Origin: an uncultured Gemmatimonadaceae bacterium
Lineage (GTDB): Bacteria; Gemmatimonadota; Gemmatimonadetes; Gemmatimonadales; Gemmatimonadaceae
Direction of reading: 5' to 3'
NCBI GenBank assembly: GCA_963829055.1
Contig: CAWHHI010000005.1
Coordinates: 32,001-96,000 of the forward strand
DNA: 64,000 nucleotides
Shown here: piece by piece, positions 21,333-31,574 of the stretch
How the letters are laid out: the number at the start of each line of letters is the position of its first letter
Numbering within the stretch: the stretch's first letter is position 1
Position numbers and translations under genes: made by a program
The notes under the pieces: model-generated
What the model was told of the DNA's origin: nothing
The model's input: the letters and a program-made list of their open reading frames with translations, nothing else
Database searches by the model: none

Positions 21333-22223
21333 TTGGAGCTCCGCCATCTCCGCTACTTCGTAGCCGTCGCCGAGGAGCTGCACTTCGGGCGCGCGGCGGC
21401 GCGACTGAACGTTGCGCAGCCCGCGCTGAGCCAGCAGATCAAGCAGCTCGAGCGGGAGCTCGGCGCCCTCCTGCTCGCGCGGACAAAGCGGCGCGTGGCG
21501 CTCACCGAGCCGGGGCGTCTTTTCCTGACCGAGGCGCGGCGCACGCTCGCCCAGGCGGCGCTCGCCGTCGAGGTGGCGCGCGGCGCCGAGGCAGGCGAGG
21601 TCGGACGCCTGCGTATCGGCTACGTGGATGCGGCGCTCTGGAGCCCGCTGCCAGAAGTCATCCGCGCCTTCCGCGAGCGCTTTCCGCGCGTGGCCCTGAC
21701 GATGCTCGAGCGGATGCCGACCGAGCAGCCCGCGGACATCCGTCGCGGTGACATCGATCTCGCGATCGGTCCGCCGCCGCCGGCGGGAGCGCCGGTGGAG
21801 GTCACGCCGTTCACCGAGGAGACGGGAATGGTTGCGCTTCCGGCGGCGCACCCGCTCGCGGGCCGCGAGGCGATCGCGATCGGCGACCTGGCCGACGCCC
21901 CGTGGCTGCTCGTCCCAGCGCGCGTCCCGAGTCGGCTGCGCGACCTCACGCTCCGCGCGGCCGCGGCGGCGGGGTTCACGCCGCGCGTGGCGCAGGAGGC
22001 GCGCGAGCTCGACACGCTCATCGCACTCGTGAGCGCGGGGCTCGGCGTCACCCTCGTGCCCGCGAGCGCCGCACGGTTTCCACGGCCTGGAGTCGTGTTC
22101 CGCCCGCTCGCCGGCAAGGCGCTCTCGTTCCGTCTCGTGGCGCTCCAGCGACGGGGGCTCGTGCCGCCCGCGGTACGGTCGTTCCTGGACGTGCTGCGCG
22201 AGGTCGGTCGCGGCGGCGCCTAA
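21333..22223 (+). CDS. LysR-family transcriptional regulator, divergent from the FMN reductase
   Basis: LELRHLRYFVAVAEELHFGRAAARLNVAQPALSQQIKQLE. Confidence 0.95.
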   Translation: MELRHLRYFVAVAEELHFGRAAARLNVAQPALSQQIKQLERELGALLLARTKRRVALTEPGRLFLTEARRTLAQAALAVEVARGAEAGEVGRLRIGYVDAALWSPLPEVIRAFRERFPRVALTMLERMPTEQPADIRRGDIDLAIGPPPPAGAPVEVTPFTEETGMVALPAAHPLAGREAIAIGDLADAPWLLVPARVPSRLRDLTLRAAAAAGFTPRVAQEARELDTLIALVSAGLGVTLVPASAARFPRPGVVFRPLAGKALSFRLVALQRRGLVPPAVRSFLDVLREVGRGGA

Positions 22224-22612
22224 CGCCGACCCGTGCGGAAAGTTCGCGTCCTCGTCGCGAGTGGCAATTCGAAACGGGCGCTTGCGGGCAAGAACGCGCG
22301 CACGCTCGCGCGGGACTTGTTAGGCATGATGCAGGAGACGCGGAGCCGCGCGCGGTCTACGTGTCCCTGCGTGATGAGGATGTAGTCGGCACGCCGCACG
22401 TGCGCATCGATCATCGCCGTGTCGTGCCAGGAGCGTCGCGTGTCCCGTTCGCAGTCCGACATGTCGCGCCAGAGCGGCCAGGCGTTCGATGGTCATCATA
22501 TCGTGGTGCCTAACGCGCTGTCTTCAAGGGCTCGGCCTCGAACGTGGCGGGCGGTTCTTTCGGCAACAACCGCGTCAATCAGTTCGACCGGTTGCCGCGA
22601 AGCCGGGAAACT

Positions 22613-22721
22613 CTAGTCCATCGCGCGCGGCTTCCCGTCCCCACGGGCGAGCGAGGTCGCGGCGCTCGTTGCCGGGCGGGTTGCGCGTGTCGATCCTGAG
22701 CAGCGCCTGGAAGTGCTCGAG
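22613..22721 (-). repeat. Internally deleted mini-copy of the M20 peptidase gene
   Basis: 22613-22658 = 27294-27339 (1 mismatch); 22659-22721 = 28563-28625 (identical by eye). Confidence 0.9.
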
Positions 22722-22743
22722 AGGGTAGCACGCAGCTGCGACC

Positions 22744-25075
22744 TCACCGCGCCGGAAATTTCATTCATCTCGCTCAGGATTCGGCCGACGCGCGGGTGCG
22801 CGCGCAGACTCTCGAGCGTCGGATCGTATCGCAGGTACACGAGCGCTGGATGGCGCTCGGCGTACGCGCGGTCGAGCCAATCGAGGGCCCGGGTGGTGTC
22901 GCCGATCAGCGTCCACAGCTTGGCGATGCGGAACGGGTCGGGAGCGCCCTCCGTCTGCCGGAGATCCATGTCGAGCCAACTCCGCCAGAAGCCGCGCATG
23001 CCCGAGGCGACATACCCCTTTCGAAGGGCGTCCACTTCGGCAGCGGTCGCTCCGCGCAGCGTCGCGATCCTGACGTACTCCTCCACAGCCTCCTCGAACC
23101 GGTGTTGCTGCAGATATACCTCTGCGGGGCCAGCGGGCAGGAACGGACCGGAGCCGAGAGCGAACGTGTGCACCGGGTCGAGCTTGAGCGCACGGCGGTA
23201 CTGCATCAATGCGCGATCGAGGTCACCAGCAACGCGGTAGTCGCCGGCGAGCAGGACAACGGTCCGCGCATTCAGGGGGTCCAGCTCGACCGCCCGCTCG
23301 CGTGCGGCGACCGCATCATCGAAGCGGCCCATCGCGCGCATGTAGTTCGCGAGGTGATGGTAGGCGTGCGCGTCATTCGGATTCAGCTCGATCGCGCGGC
23401 GCAGCGCCTGCTCGGCACCCTTCCAGTCCCAATCGAAGAACAACTTGATGATCCCGAGATTCACGTGGGCCTCGCCAAGGGCGGGGTCGAGCTCGAGGGC
23501 GCGGGCCGTGAGGGCGCGAACCTCGGGCGTGCCCTCCCTGGAAGACACGTGTCCGAGCATGATCTGCGGTGCGACGACGCTCGCCTTCGCGGCGTAGGCG
23601 AGCGCAAAGCCGGGCTCCCGTGCGATGGCGCGATCGAAGAGATCCTTCGCCTGCCGCAGGGCATCCGCCGTCAGGCTGTTTCGAAGGTAGAGGCCGCGCA
23701 GGTAGAGGTCGTAGGCCTGCAGATCGGGCAACGGCCGAGACGCCGGCGCCGCGCCGGCGCGGGCGAGTCGCAGAGCGAGCGCGCCGGCGATCGCGGTCGC
23801 GATCTCGTCCTGCACGGCGATGATGTCCTCCAGCCCACGATCGTATTCGTCCGTCCAGAGGTGATAGCCCGTCGCGGCGTCGATCAGCTGTGCCGTGATC
23901 CGAAGTCGATTGCCGTCCTTTCGTACGCTGCCCTCGAGCACAGCCGCGACGCCCAGCGTATCGCCGATCGCGCGGACATCCAGCGTACCGTCGCGCAGCG
24001 CGAACGAGGATGTGCGAGCGGCCACGCGTAGCCCCTCGATGCGGCTGAGCGATGCGATGATCTGTTCGGTCAGTCCATCGCCGAAGTATCTGTTCTCCGG
24101 ATCGGGACTCATGTTCACGAACGGCAATACGCCCACGGATGACGCGACAGGCGGCGCGGCAAGGCGTGGAGCGGCGATGTTGCGGACGCCGAGGATCGCG
24201 AGCACGAACACGAGCGCGGCGGCCGTCGCGTAACGGACTGTTGCCGGCTTCCGAGCCGTCGGCACGTCTAGGGTCGCCGCAGGAACGAGATCCGAAGCGG
24301 CACTCTGATGTTGCGGCGAGCTGGCTGGGCGAACGACGGCGGGCTGCGTGGCCGTGCGCGCAGGCGGTTCGAGACGCAGACGCTCCGCGAACGTCGTGAT
24401 CTCGGGGTCCGGCTCCGCCTCGAACTCCTCTCGCAGCAGCGCGGCGTGAACGCGCGCATGTCTGAGCGCGCCGGCGCGGTCGCCCGCCGCCTCGAGCGCG
24501 CGCATCAGCCGCAACACCACCCGGCCGTTGTAGGGATCATGAGCGGCTAGCCTCCGCCACCAGCTCACGGCAAGGCCGAACTCGGCGCGCGCTTCACGGG
24601 CTTCCGCCAGTGACTCCAGTGCCGCCGCGTAACGCTGCCCAAGGCGCGCGCGCTCCGCGTCGAGCCAATGATCGAATTCCGCGCTATCCGACAGGTGAAA
24701 GCCGTCCAGCAGCGGACCCGCAAACAGTTCGACCGCGGGCTCGAGCTGTCCTTCGTCGAGCAGCCGCTCGAACGTCCCGGCGTCACTCACCATCGCGTCC
24801 GGATTCAGCGCGAGCTCATCGCCGAACGAGCGGACCACGTCCTCGCCCAGGGCGCTGCGCACGATGTAGAGATCGTCGGACAGCTGGTGGCGTGCGCGGT
24901 CGGTGGGGCTCTCCGGCCAGAGCACCGCGATGAGCTTGTCGCGCGTGACGAGGCGCGAGCGCGCGAGAGCCAGGAATGCCAGCAGCGCGAGGCGGCGGCC
25001 TTGTGCTGCTCGTCCGGTAACCGGCCCGTCGGACCGCTCGATCGAGGCGGCACCGAAGAGCTTGAGCGTCAACAC
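22744..25075 (-). CDS. BTAD/SARP-type regulator with TM, TolB-like domain and TPR repeats
   Basis: VLTLKLFG, RDKLIAVLWPES, GPLLDGFHL, VGVLPFVNMS, TPRs. Native end probably EMKFPAR* at 22744; an ATGA duplication near 22761-22768 extends the frame to 22613. Confidence 0.88.
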
Positions 25076-25252
25076 GATTGGCGTCGAGAGAGAGAAAAAC
25101 GAGAGCGGCGCGAGAATGCCCCGAGAGCGCCGGTTACCATATGCGCGCGGCACGGGCCGGAGCAAGCTCCGGGCGCGCACTGCTCGCGGCGGGAGACTCG
25201 CGCGGAGCTCCCTGCCATCACACCACCGACACCCCCACCGAGGCACACTTTC

Positions 25253-25762
25253 ATGGTATTCCGTTCCTTGAGGCTCGCCGCATCGCTCACGGTTATCGCC
25301 GCCGGCCTCGCCGCCTGCCGTCAGGAGACGGCGATTCCCGTCGCCGTGCAGACCGTCCGACTCGCCCTGATCGCGGGCGCCGAGCATGGCGGCGCGCCGT
25401 TCTCGACTCCGATGACGCAGGAGGTCACCAGCACGCCACCGTACGCGGGTGACCCCAATGGCACCGGCACGGCTCTCGTCACCGTGAACCACGGCCAGCG
25501 TGAGATCTGCTGGGAGGTATCAGTGTCCGACATCACCCTGCCGGCGACGGCCTCGCACATTCACAAGGCGGCTCCTGGTATCCGCGGCCCGATTGTCGTC
25601 GGCCTCTCGGCCCCGGACGCGGCCGGAAGGTCGGTCGGCTGTGCTTCGGGCCTGGACCAGGCTCTCCTGAGGGACATCCTCACGAACACCGCAGCTTATT
25701 ACGTGAACGTTCACACGACCGATTACCCACCGGGGGCCGTTCGCGGCCAGCTTGGGCACTAG
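25253..25762 (+). CDS. CHRD-domain lipoprotein
   Basis: LAAC lipobox; QEV, ASHIHKAAPGIRGPIVV, YYVNVHTTDYPPGAVRGQL. Confidence 0.9.
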   Translation: MVFRSLRLAASLTVIAAGLAACRQETAIPVAVQTVRLALIAGAEHGGAPFSTPMTQEVTSTPPYAGDPNGTGTALVTVNHGQREICWEVSVSDITLPATASHIHKAAPGIRGPIVVGLSAPDAAGRSVGCASGLDQALLRDILTNTAAYYVNVHTTDYPPGAVRGQLGH

Positions 25763-25807
25763 CTCCGCTGACTGACGCCGCGCAGCGAATTCGAGCGGCG
25801 GCGCGCT

Positions 25808-25867
25808 TGTCGTTCCGAGCGGAGAGCCGAAAGCCCGCGGGCACCCGGCCGCTCGCTCGGAATGACA
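25808..25867. repeat. REP-like inverted repeat
   Basis: TGTCGTTCCGAGCG (25808-25821) pairs with CGCTCGGAATGACA (25854-25867), just after the CHRD stop. Confidence 0.65.
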
Positions 25868-25929
25868 GGCGTTGCGGTCTGACCTGGCCGGACGGCTCGT
25901 AACTGATCGGGCAGTCGCGATCCGCGAGA

Positions 25930-26210
25930 TGGAACTCGCGCACCTTCGCGACGGACCTCGCCGCCGTGAACCATCATCTGATGCGAGCCGAGCGTGTGCT
26001 CATGCTGCGTGAGGGACTGAAGAACCGACCGTGGTTCAAGCACTCGCTCTACGCGCCGGGGTTCTACACCGGCTACGGCGTGAAGACGATGCCGGGGATT
26101 CGCGAGGCGATCGAGCAGGGAGAGTGGAGCAACGTGAACGGCGAGATCGCGCGCGTTGCGGAGGCGCTCAACGCGAAGGCCGCGCTGTTGAAGGAGGCAG
26201 CTCGTTGCTC
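25930..26210 (+). pseudogene. C-terminal remnant of an M28 peptidase (transferrin-receptor-like dimerisation domain)
   Basis: VNHHLMRAER..EGLKNRPWFKHSLYAPGFYTGYGVKTMPGIREAIE; no catalytic domain upstream. Confidence 0.75.
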
Positions 26211-26265
26211 GAATCGTGGTGAGACCGACGTGAGTGACGGGTGCGAAATCGGTACCAGGCGCCGG

Positions 26266-26724
26266 TTAACGAACCAGCCGGGGATCAAACCCGAACGGCT
26301 GCACTGATTCGACCACGAGCTGCGGGAACTTTACGTGCTGCGGATTGATCAGGACGTTGTAGCTCCCGTCCACGATCGCGCTTGGCACCGTCAGCACGAG
26401 TGCGCCACCCAATCGGACCCACGCATCTCCGATCGCCTGGACTTCGGGTGGGACTGGAAACGCGCGCCAGCTCCTGGGGAGTTCTGATGCGGGCAGCTCG
26501 TCGACGAGGGGGTCGGGAACGTGCGCGCGGATGAGTGAGTAGCCCGGCAGGGCCGCACCCGCGGTCATGTGGACGAGTACCTCCAGCACCGCGAGCGCGG
26601 AGTTGCTCGAGGCGTAGGCGACGCGCGTCCCGGGGGAGTTCCACCGACCTCCGTGGACGCGGGCTCCCTCGCCGTCGAACGCGGTGGCGGCATACCTGGT
26701 CTTTACCAACCGCCAGAGCTGCAT
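26266..26724 (-). CDS. RES-domain toxin (NAD+ phosphorylase family)
   Basis: WRL, FDGEGARVHGGRWNSPG, LAVLEVLVH, VPSAIV, NVLINPQH, FDPRL. Confidence 0.92.
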   Translation of the reverse strand: MQLWRLVKTRYAATAFDGEGARVHGGRWNSPGTRVAYASSNSALAVLEVLVHMTAGAALPGYSLIRAHVPDPLVDELPASELPRSWRAFPVPPEVQAIGDAWVRLGGALVLTVPSAIVDGSYNVLINPQHVKFPQLVVESVQPFGFDPRLVR

Positions 26725-26727
26725 CGC

Positions 26728-27231
26728 CTAAGTTGGAATCCCGTACTCCAACCGGCCGATGAGATGTTCCACCTCGATTGCGCCGACGTCCGTGGACGCG
26801 AAGTCAAGCGGCGTTCGTCCGCCTAACGCCGTCACCGGGCTCGTCAGCCACCCGCGTGCATCCTCGACGTGCCCCTCGAACAGCTCGATGGCTCGGGCGA
26901 CTACACGGGAAAGACGGGCGAGGCGATCAGACTCGTCAGGCTCGAGCCGCCCGCTCTCCTTTCTTCTCGCGAGGGTACGTTCGGGGATTTCCGCCGCCTC
27001 GGCCAGCACGCGATACGGAAGCTCCGTGTTCCGCTGTAAGCGCTCGAAAGCCGAGTACGCGAACCCGCGTCGGATCTGCTCCATGACGTGGAGCGCGTCA
27101 TACCGGCGCAACCCGAACAGGGCGACGTAGTAGTGTCCATCGCGCCTGCCGGACCTGACCCGGTTCCAGAGCTCCGCGATGTCGGGAGCGATCTTTTCGG
27201 CGGATTGTGCCGCGGATTCTCGCGCTGCCAT
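26728..27231 (-). CDS. Xre/MbcA/ParS-type antitoxin
   Basis: IPERTLARRKESGRLEPDESDRLARL, ARGWLTSPVTALGGRTPLD, LIGRLEYGI; 3 nt upstream of the RES gene. Confidence 0.92.
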   Translation of the reverse strand: MAARESAAQSAEKIAPDIAELWNRVRSGRRDGHYYVALFGLRRYDALHVMEQIRRGFAYSAFERLQRNTELPYRVLAEAAEIPERTLARRKESGRLEPDESDRLARLSRVVARAIELFEGHVEDARGWLTSPVTALGGRTPLDFASTDVGAIEVEHLIGRLEYGIPT

Positions 27232-27267
27232 ATGGCATAATGTATGTCGCCAAACGGCAACGAGCAA
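27226..27267 (-). promoter_or_regulatory. Sigma70-like promoter of xre-RES with two palindromic operator-like sites
   Basis: TTGCTC (27267-27262)-17 nt-TACATT (27244-27239)-7 nt-ATG; palindromes TGCCATATGGCA (27226-27237) and TGCCGTTTGGCG (27259-27248). Confidence 0.65.
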
Positions 27268-27293
27268 CCATTCTGGAGTCGACGGCGCTGCGC

Positions 27294-28742
27294 CTAGTTC
27301 ATCGCGCGCGGCTTCCCGTCCCCACGGGCGAGCGAGGTCACGGCGTCCCAGTTGAACCGCACGAAGCGATGCAGCTCGCTCTCGAGGATGCGCTCCTGAT
27401 CGCTGTGCGCGCCGAAGCCGCGCGGCCCATCCTCGATGTCGATGGCCGGACCGATGCCGAAGCACTGGATGCCCTTCGCGCGCGTGAACGACATGTCGGT
27501 CGCGCCGGTGCCCATGACCGGGATCGCCGGCACGTTGTACACGCGGCGCACCGATGCCTCGAGCGCCTTGAACGCCTCGGAGTCGAGTCGACTCTCGACG
27601 CCCGTTGGACGGCCGAATGACGGCGACACGCGGACTTCGACCGCCGGGTCGTTGATGACCTTCCTCATCTCCTCGGCGAACCGGTCCGCGTCCTCGTCGG
27701 GGAGCATGCGGACGTCGAGCGTCGCGCGCGCTTCCGACGGGATGACGTTCGAGCGGTACCCGCCGGCGATGACGTTAGGCGACGCCGACGTGCGCAGCAT
27801 CGACGAGTGCCGAGGCTCGTGCTCGTAGAGCCAGTCGTCGGCGGCGCGGCGGACGGCGGAATCCGCGGAGAGCACACCGCGATAATGTTGTGCGACGTCG
27901 GGCGGCGAGATCGCCGCGAGCCGCTCGAAGTACGCGCGCGTCGTCTCGTTGAGCCGGATCTCGGGACGCCACGCGCCGACGCGCGCGACCGCGCCCGCGA
28001 GATGCACGATGGCGTTGGACGCGAGCGGCACCGACCCGTGTCCGGCGATGCCGCGGGCGACGAGCTCGATGCCGCGGCCGCGCTTCTCCAGCGTCTGGAT
28101 GGTCGAGTACTTCACCTGGCCACCGATGCGCGTCGCCCCGCCGCCTTCGGCCAGGCAATACTCGGCCTCGATCTCGGGCAGGTGTTGCTCGGTGACGAAG
28201 CCGATCCCGACGCGCGTGTTCCCCTCCTCTCCCGACTCGGCGAGGAAGATCACGTCGCGGTCGAGCGGGACGTTGAGCCGCTTGAGCAGCAGCATCGTCA
28301 TGAGGCCGGCGGTGACGTTGTCCTTGTCGTCGACGGCGCCGCGCCCGTAGACGTAGCCGCTGTCCCGCGTGGCGGCGAACGGCGGATGCGTCCACTTCGT
28401 GGTGTCCACCGTGACGACGTCGGTGTGCCCCATGATGAGGAGCGGGCGCTTGCGACCGGTCCCCTTGAGGCGAGCGATGACGTTCGAGCGGCTGGAGTCG
28501 AGCGCGACGATCTGCGCGGGGATGCCCTCACGGTCGAACACGGCCTTGAGGTACTCGGCGGCGCGGCGCTCGTTGCCGGGCGGGTTGCGCGTGTCGATCC
28601 TGAGCAGCGCCTGGAAGTGCTCGAGCGTCTCGCGCTCGACGTCGGCCCAGTTGGGTTGGCGCGGAGACTGTTGTGCGCGAGCAGGGGTGGCGGCTGCGAG
28701 CGCGAGGACGATCGACGCAGTGGCGAGGGATATGTGTCTCAT
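27294..28742 (-). CDS. Secreted M20/M25/M40-family metallopeptidase
   Basis: Signal peptide; GHTDVV, YGRGAVDDK, SGEEG, AEGG, GHGS, GATD, AHSDQE. Confidence 0.92.
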   Translation of the reverse strand: MRHISLATASIVLALAAATPARAQQSPRQPNWADVERETLEHFQALLRIDTRNPPGNERRAAEYLKAVFDREGIPAQIVALDSSRSNVIARLKGTGRKRPLLIMGHTDVVTVDTTKWTHPPFAATRDSGYVYGRGAVDDKDNVTAGLMTMLLLKRLNVPLDRDVIFLAESGEEGNTRVGIGFVTEQHLPEIEAEYCLAEGGGATRIGGQVKYSTIQTLEKRGRGIELVARGIAGHGSVPLASNAIVHLAGAVARVGAWRPEIRLNETTRAYFERLAAISPPDVAQHYRGVLSADSAVRRAADDWLYEHEPRHSSMLRTSASPNVIAGGYRSNVIPSEARATLDVRMLPDEDADRFAEEMRKVINDPAVEVRVSPSFGRPTGVESRLDSEAFKALEASVRRVYNVPAIPVMGTGATDMSFTRAKGIQCFGIGPAIDIEDGPRGFGAHSDQERILESELHRFVRFNWDAVTSLARGDGKPRAMN

Positions 28743-28858
28743 GAACGAAATGATACGACGCGTGACGGTACACTGACGAGAGTCCGTCAACGTGCGATCG
28801 GAACGGTTGTCGTGACCGCGGTCGCAACCGCGGCGGCCTGCACCGCAGCAACAGCGGA

Positions 28859-29317
28859 TCAGTACTTCACGTCGAACCTGCCCGAGGTGACCTGTTGTTC
28901 CGCCGGCGACGCACCCTCGTGTGCCAGCGTGAACTGGAACGTGCCTGCCAGGTGGCCCGGCGCGGCGGTCGTGAGCGTGATACTGCCGGCTCCGCCCTGG
29001 GTCCTGCTCGCCGCCCACGTTTGCGAGCCGATGATGAGCCCGGCGGCGATTGGCGTTGTAGACCCAACCGTCTGCGTCCCTAGGCCCTGACTGGCCGGGA
29101 TGACGAGCGTGAGCGTAGCAGTGGCATTCGTCCCCCTAACGATGATCAGAGAGGGCGGGGCAGTGTCGGTCGCGATCGACATCGCGCTCCACGCCGCACC
29201 GGCGATACGGGCGGACATGCCGCCGGCATCTGACTTCGCTGGACCGGTCGTGTCGCCGCCGCACGCGGCAAGGAGGACGAGCGCCGCTGCCGCGACGATG
29301 GTGGACGAGTGTCGCAT
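28859..29317 (-). CDS. Lipoprotein, hypothetical (DUF6252-like beta-rich)
   Basis: LAAC lipobox; GSITLT..LAGTFQFT..VTSGRFDVKY; AGAGG RBS. Confidence 0.75.
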   Translation of the reverse strand: MRHSSTIVAAAALVLLAACGGDTTGPAKSDAGGMSARIAGAAWSAMSIATDTAPPSLIIVRGTNATATLTLVIPASQGLGTQTVGSTTPIAAGLIIGSQTWAASRTQGGAGSITLTTAAPGHLAGTFQFTLAHEGASPAEQQVTSGRFDVKY

Positions 29318-29443
29318 GATTGCCTCTGGGGTGAGAAGACGCGGGTCGTGTCGTTCTCCCGCGTTCGCGTAGGTACTGGGCGGAACCCCGTCGAGCGCAC
29401 AGCGGTCACTCGGTGTTGCGCAGTGCGTGGAGCTGAGTGCCTC

Positions 29444-31574
29444 TCAGGGAGAGAGTCCCAATCTGCGGAGCAGCTTTGCCCATCGCGGTGAGGAGTGCAG
29501 GACGTCGAATGCTATCGTCGCCTTGATGCTGTGAAGGAATGCGTCACGCTCGGTGTACGCTCGCTCGAGCCACTGGAACGCCGTGTCCGCATCGCGCAGG
29601 CCCGCGTATGCCATCGCGAGACCAAACGACGGTAGGTGATCCTGGTCGGTCGCACGAAGGATCCCGTCGAGGATGGCCCGCGCGTCGTGCGAGAGACCGG
29701 TGACCGCGAGGGCGTATGCCAGACGAGTCGCGCCTCGCGCGCCGCCAAGGGCGGAGACGACTCGGAACGCCGCGACTGCTTCGTCACGGCGATCGAGCCG
29801 CAAGTACGCGTGCCCGAGATGCTCGTGCGCGAGGGCGAGTCGCGGATTCAGCTCCACGGCCGCCTCGAGTAATGGGACTGCCATCTCCGCGCGACCAGCG
29901 CAGAGGTGTAAGCGTCCGAGATTCATGCTCGCCGATGGTGCCAGTGGGTCGACCTTGCGAGCTTGCTCGAGGACCGGCCGCGCCTCGTCGAAGCGTCCCT
30001 GGTACATGAGATAGAGGCCGTAGCGCTGATGCGCGAGGCCGTACCCGGGGTCGAGCGCAATGGCGCGCTCGAACTCCCGCTCGGCCGCCGGCCAGTTCCA
30101 GTCGAAGCTGAAGAGGATGCTTGCGAGCGACGTGTGGGCTTCCGCGAGCGTGCTGTCGAGGGCGAGCGCCCGCGCGACCGCTTCGCGGACCTGCGACACG
30201 TGGTAGTCCTGTGGCCCGTCACCGAGGACCGCTAGCAGCAGGTGTGCATCGGCCAGCCCTGCGTGGGCCCGCGCATAGTTGGCGTCTCGCGTGATCGCCT
30301 GCTCGAAGTAGGCGACCGAGCGGCGCAGATCCTCCTCCGACACGCGATTCTGGAAGTAGCGTCCCTTGAGGTAGAGCTCGTGCGCGACGAGGTCCTCGGT
30401 TGCCGCGCGCTTCTGTGTCGAGACAGTGGGGCCGAGCCTAACGCGCAGAGCATTGGCGATCGCGTGTGCGATTTCCTCCTGCACGGCGAAGACATCCTTC
30501 GTGTCGCGATCGTAAATCTCGGACCAGATGACAGCGCCGTCGCTGGCGCGGATGAGGTGCGCGCCGATCTTGAGCCGCTCTCCGGAGCGTCGGACGCTCC
30601 CCTCGAGCACGTGGTCGACGCGAAGCGACTCAGCGATGGCTCGAACATCCAGCCCCTTGCCCTTGAACGAGAACGAGGACGTTCGCCCGGTGATGATGAG
30701 ACCTGGCAGCTTGCCGATGGTGCCGATCAGCTCGTCCGTCAAACCGTCGCTGAAATGCTCGTCCGAGAGGTCGCCGCCAGTGTTGGCGAAGGGGAGCACC
30801 GCGAGAGTCGCACCCTGCTGTGTCGTCCGCGGTGCGTCCGCTGGTTGCGCGCGGCCGCCACTCTCTCGTCGTCGGACAAGCTCGTTCAACGCCTCCGCGA
30901 ATACAGGATCTGGCTCGATGCCCAGCTCGTCGCGGACGCGGTCGTGAAAACCGCGCGCATGCTGAATGGCGGCTGCGTAGTCACCGGACGCGTCAAGCGC
31001 GCGGAGCAGGCCGACCGCAACCCGCTCGTTGAGCGGCTCTGCCGTCGCGAGTCGTTGCCACGACTCGACTCGCGGTGCGCGCGTCACCGCTCCGATCCGC
31101 GCGCACGGCGAGCGCTTCGAGCGTTTGAGCGAAATCGCGCGCGAGCGAAGTCCGCTCGTCAGACGCCCAGCGCTCGAACCCGTCGGCGCCACGCACATGG
31201 AAGCCGTCGAGAAATGGCCCGCTATAGAGCTTCACCGCCCGCTCGTGGTCGCCATGCCTAACGGCATTGCGGAAGTCGTCGACGTCACTCGACACGTAAC
31301 GCGTGTCGAGCCGCAGATCGGCGGAGGCCAGCAGCAAGTCGGGATGTAACTGTCGGCGAGCGGAATGGACCAGCTGCTTGAGCGACGTCCGGGCGCGCTC
31401 GTCGTCGCGGTCTGGCCAGAGAAGCGCGGTGACGGATTCCCGGGTGAGGCCGCGCGGACCGGCGCCAGCGAGCAAGGCCAGCAAGGAGAGCACCTTGCGC
31501 TGGCCCGACAGCTCGTCGAGCCGCGCGCCACCACGCTCGATGGAGCAACCGCCGAAGGTCCGGATGTAGAGCAT
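29444..31574 (-). CDS. BTAD/SARP-type regulator with TolB-like domain and TPR repeats; frameshift ~31075
   Basis: MLYIRTFGG, ALLWPDRDDERARTSLKQ, YSGPFLDGF in ORF 30993..31574; LAVLPFANTG and TPRs in ORF 29444..31198. Confidence 0.88.

Noticed and set aside
22613..25492. 959-aa ORF taken at full length
   Set aside because: The first 139 codons overlap the divergent CHRD gene and intergenic DNA; the recognisable protein starts at GTG 25075.
22520..26810. Absence of the octamer here (and at ~12.6-16.7 kb) as proof of foreign origin
   Set aside because: With mean spacing of about 1.4 kb, 4-kb gaps can occur by chance; suggestive only.
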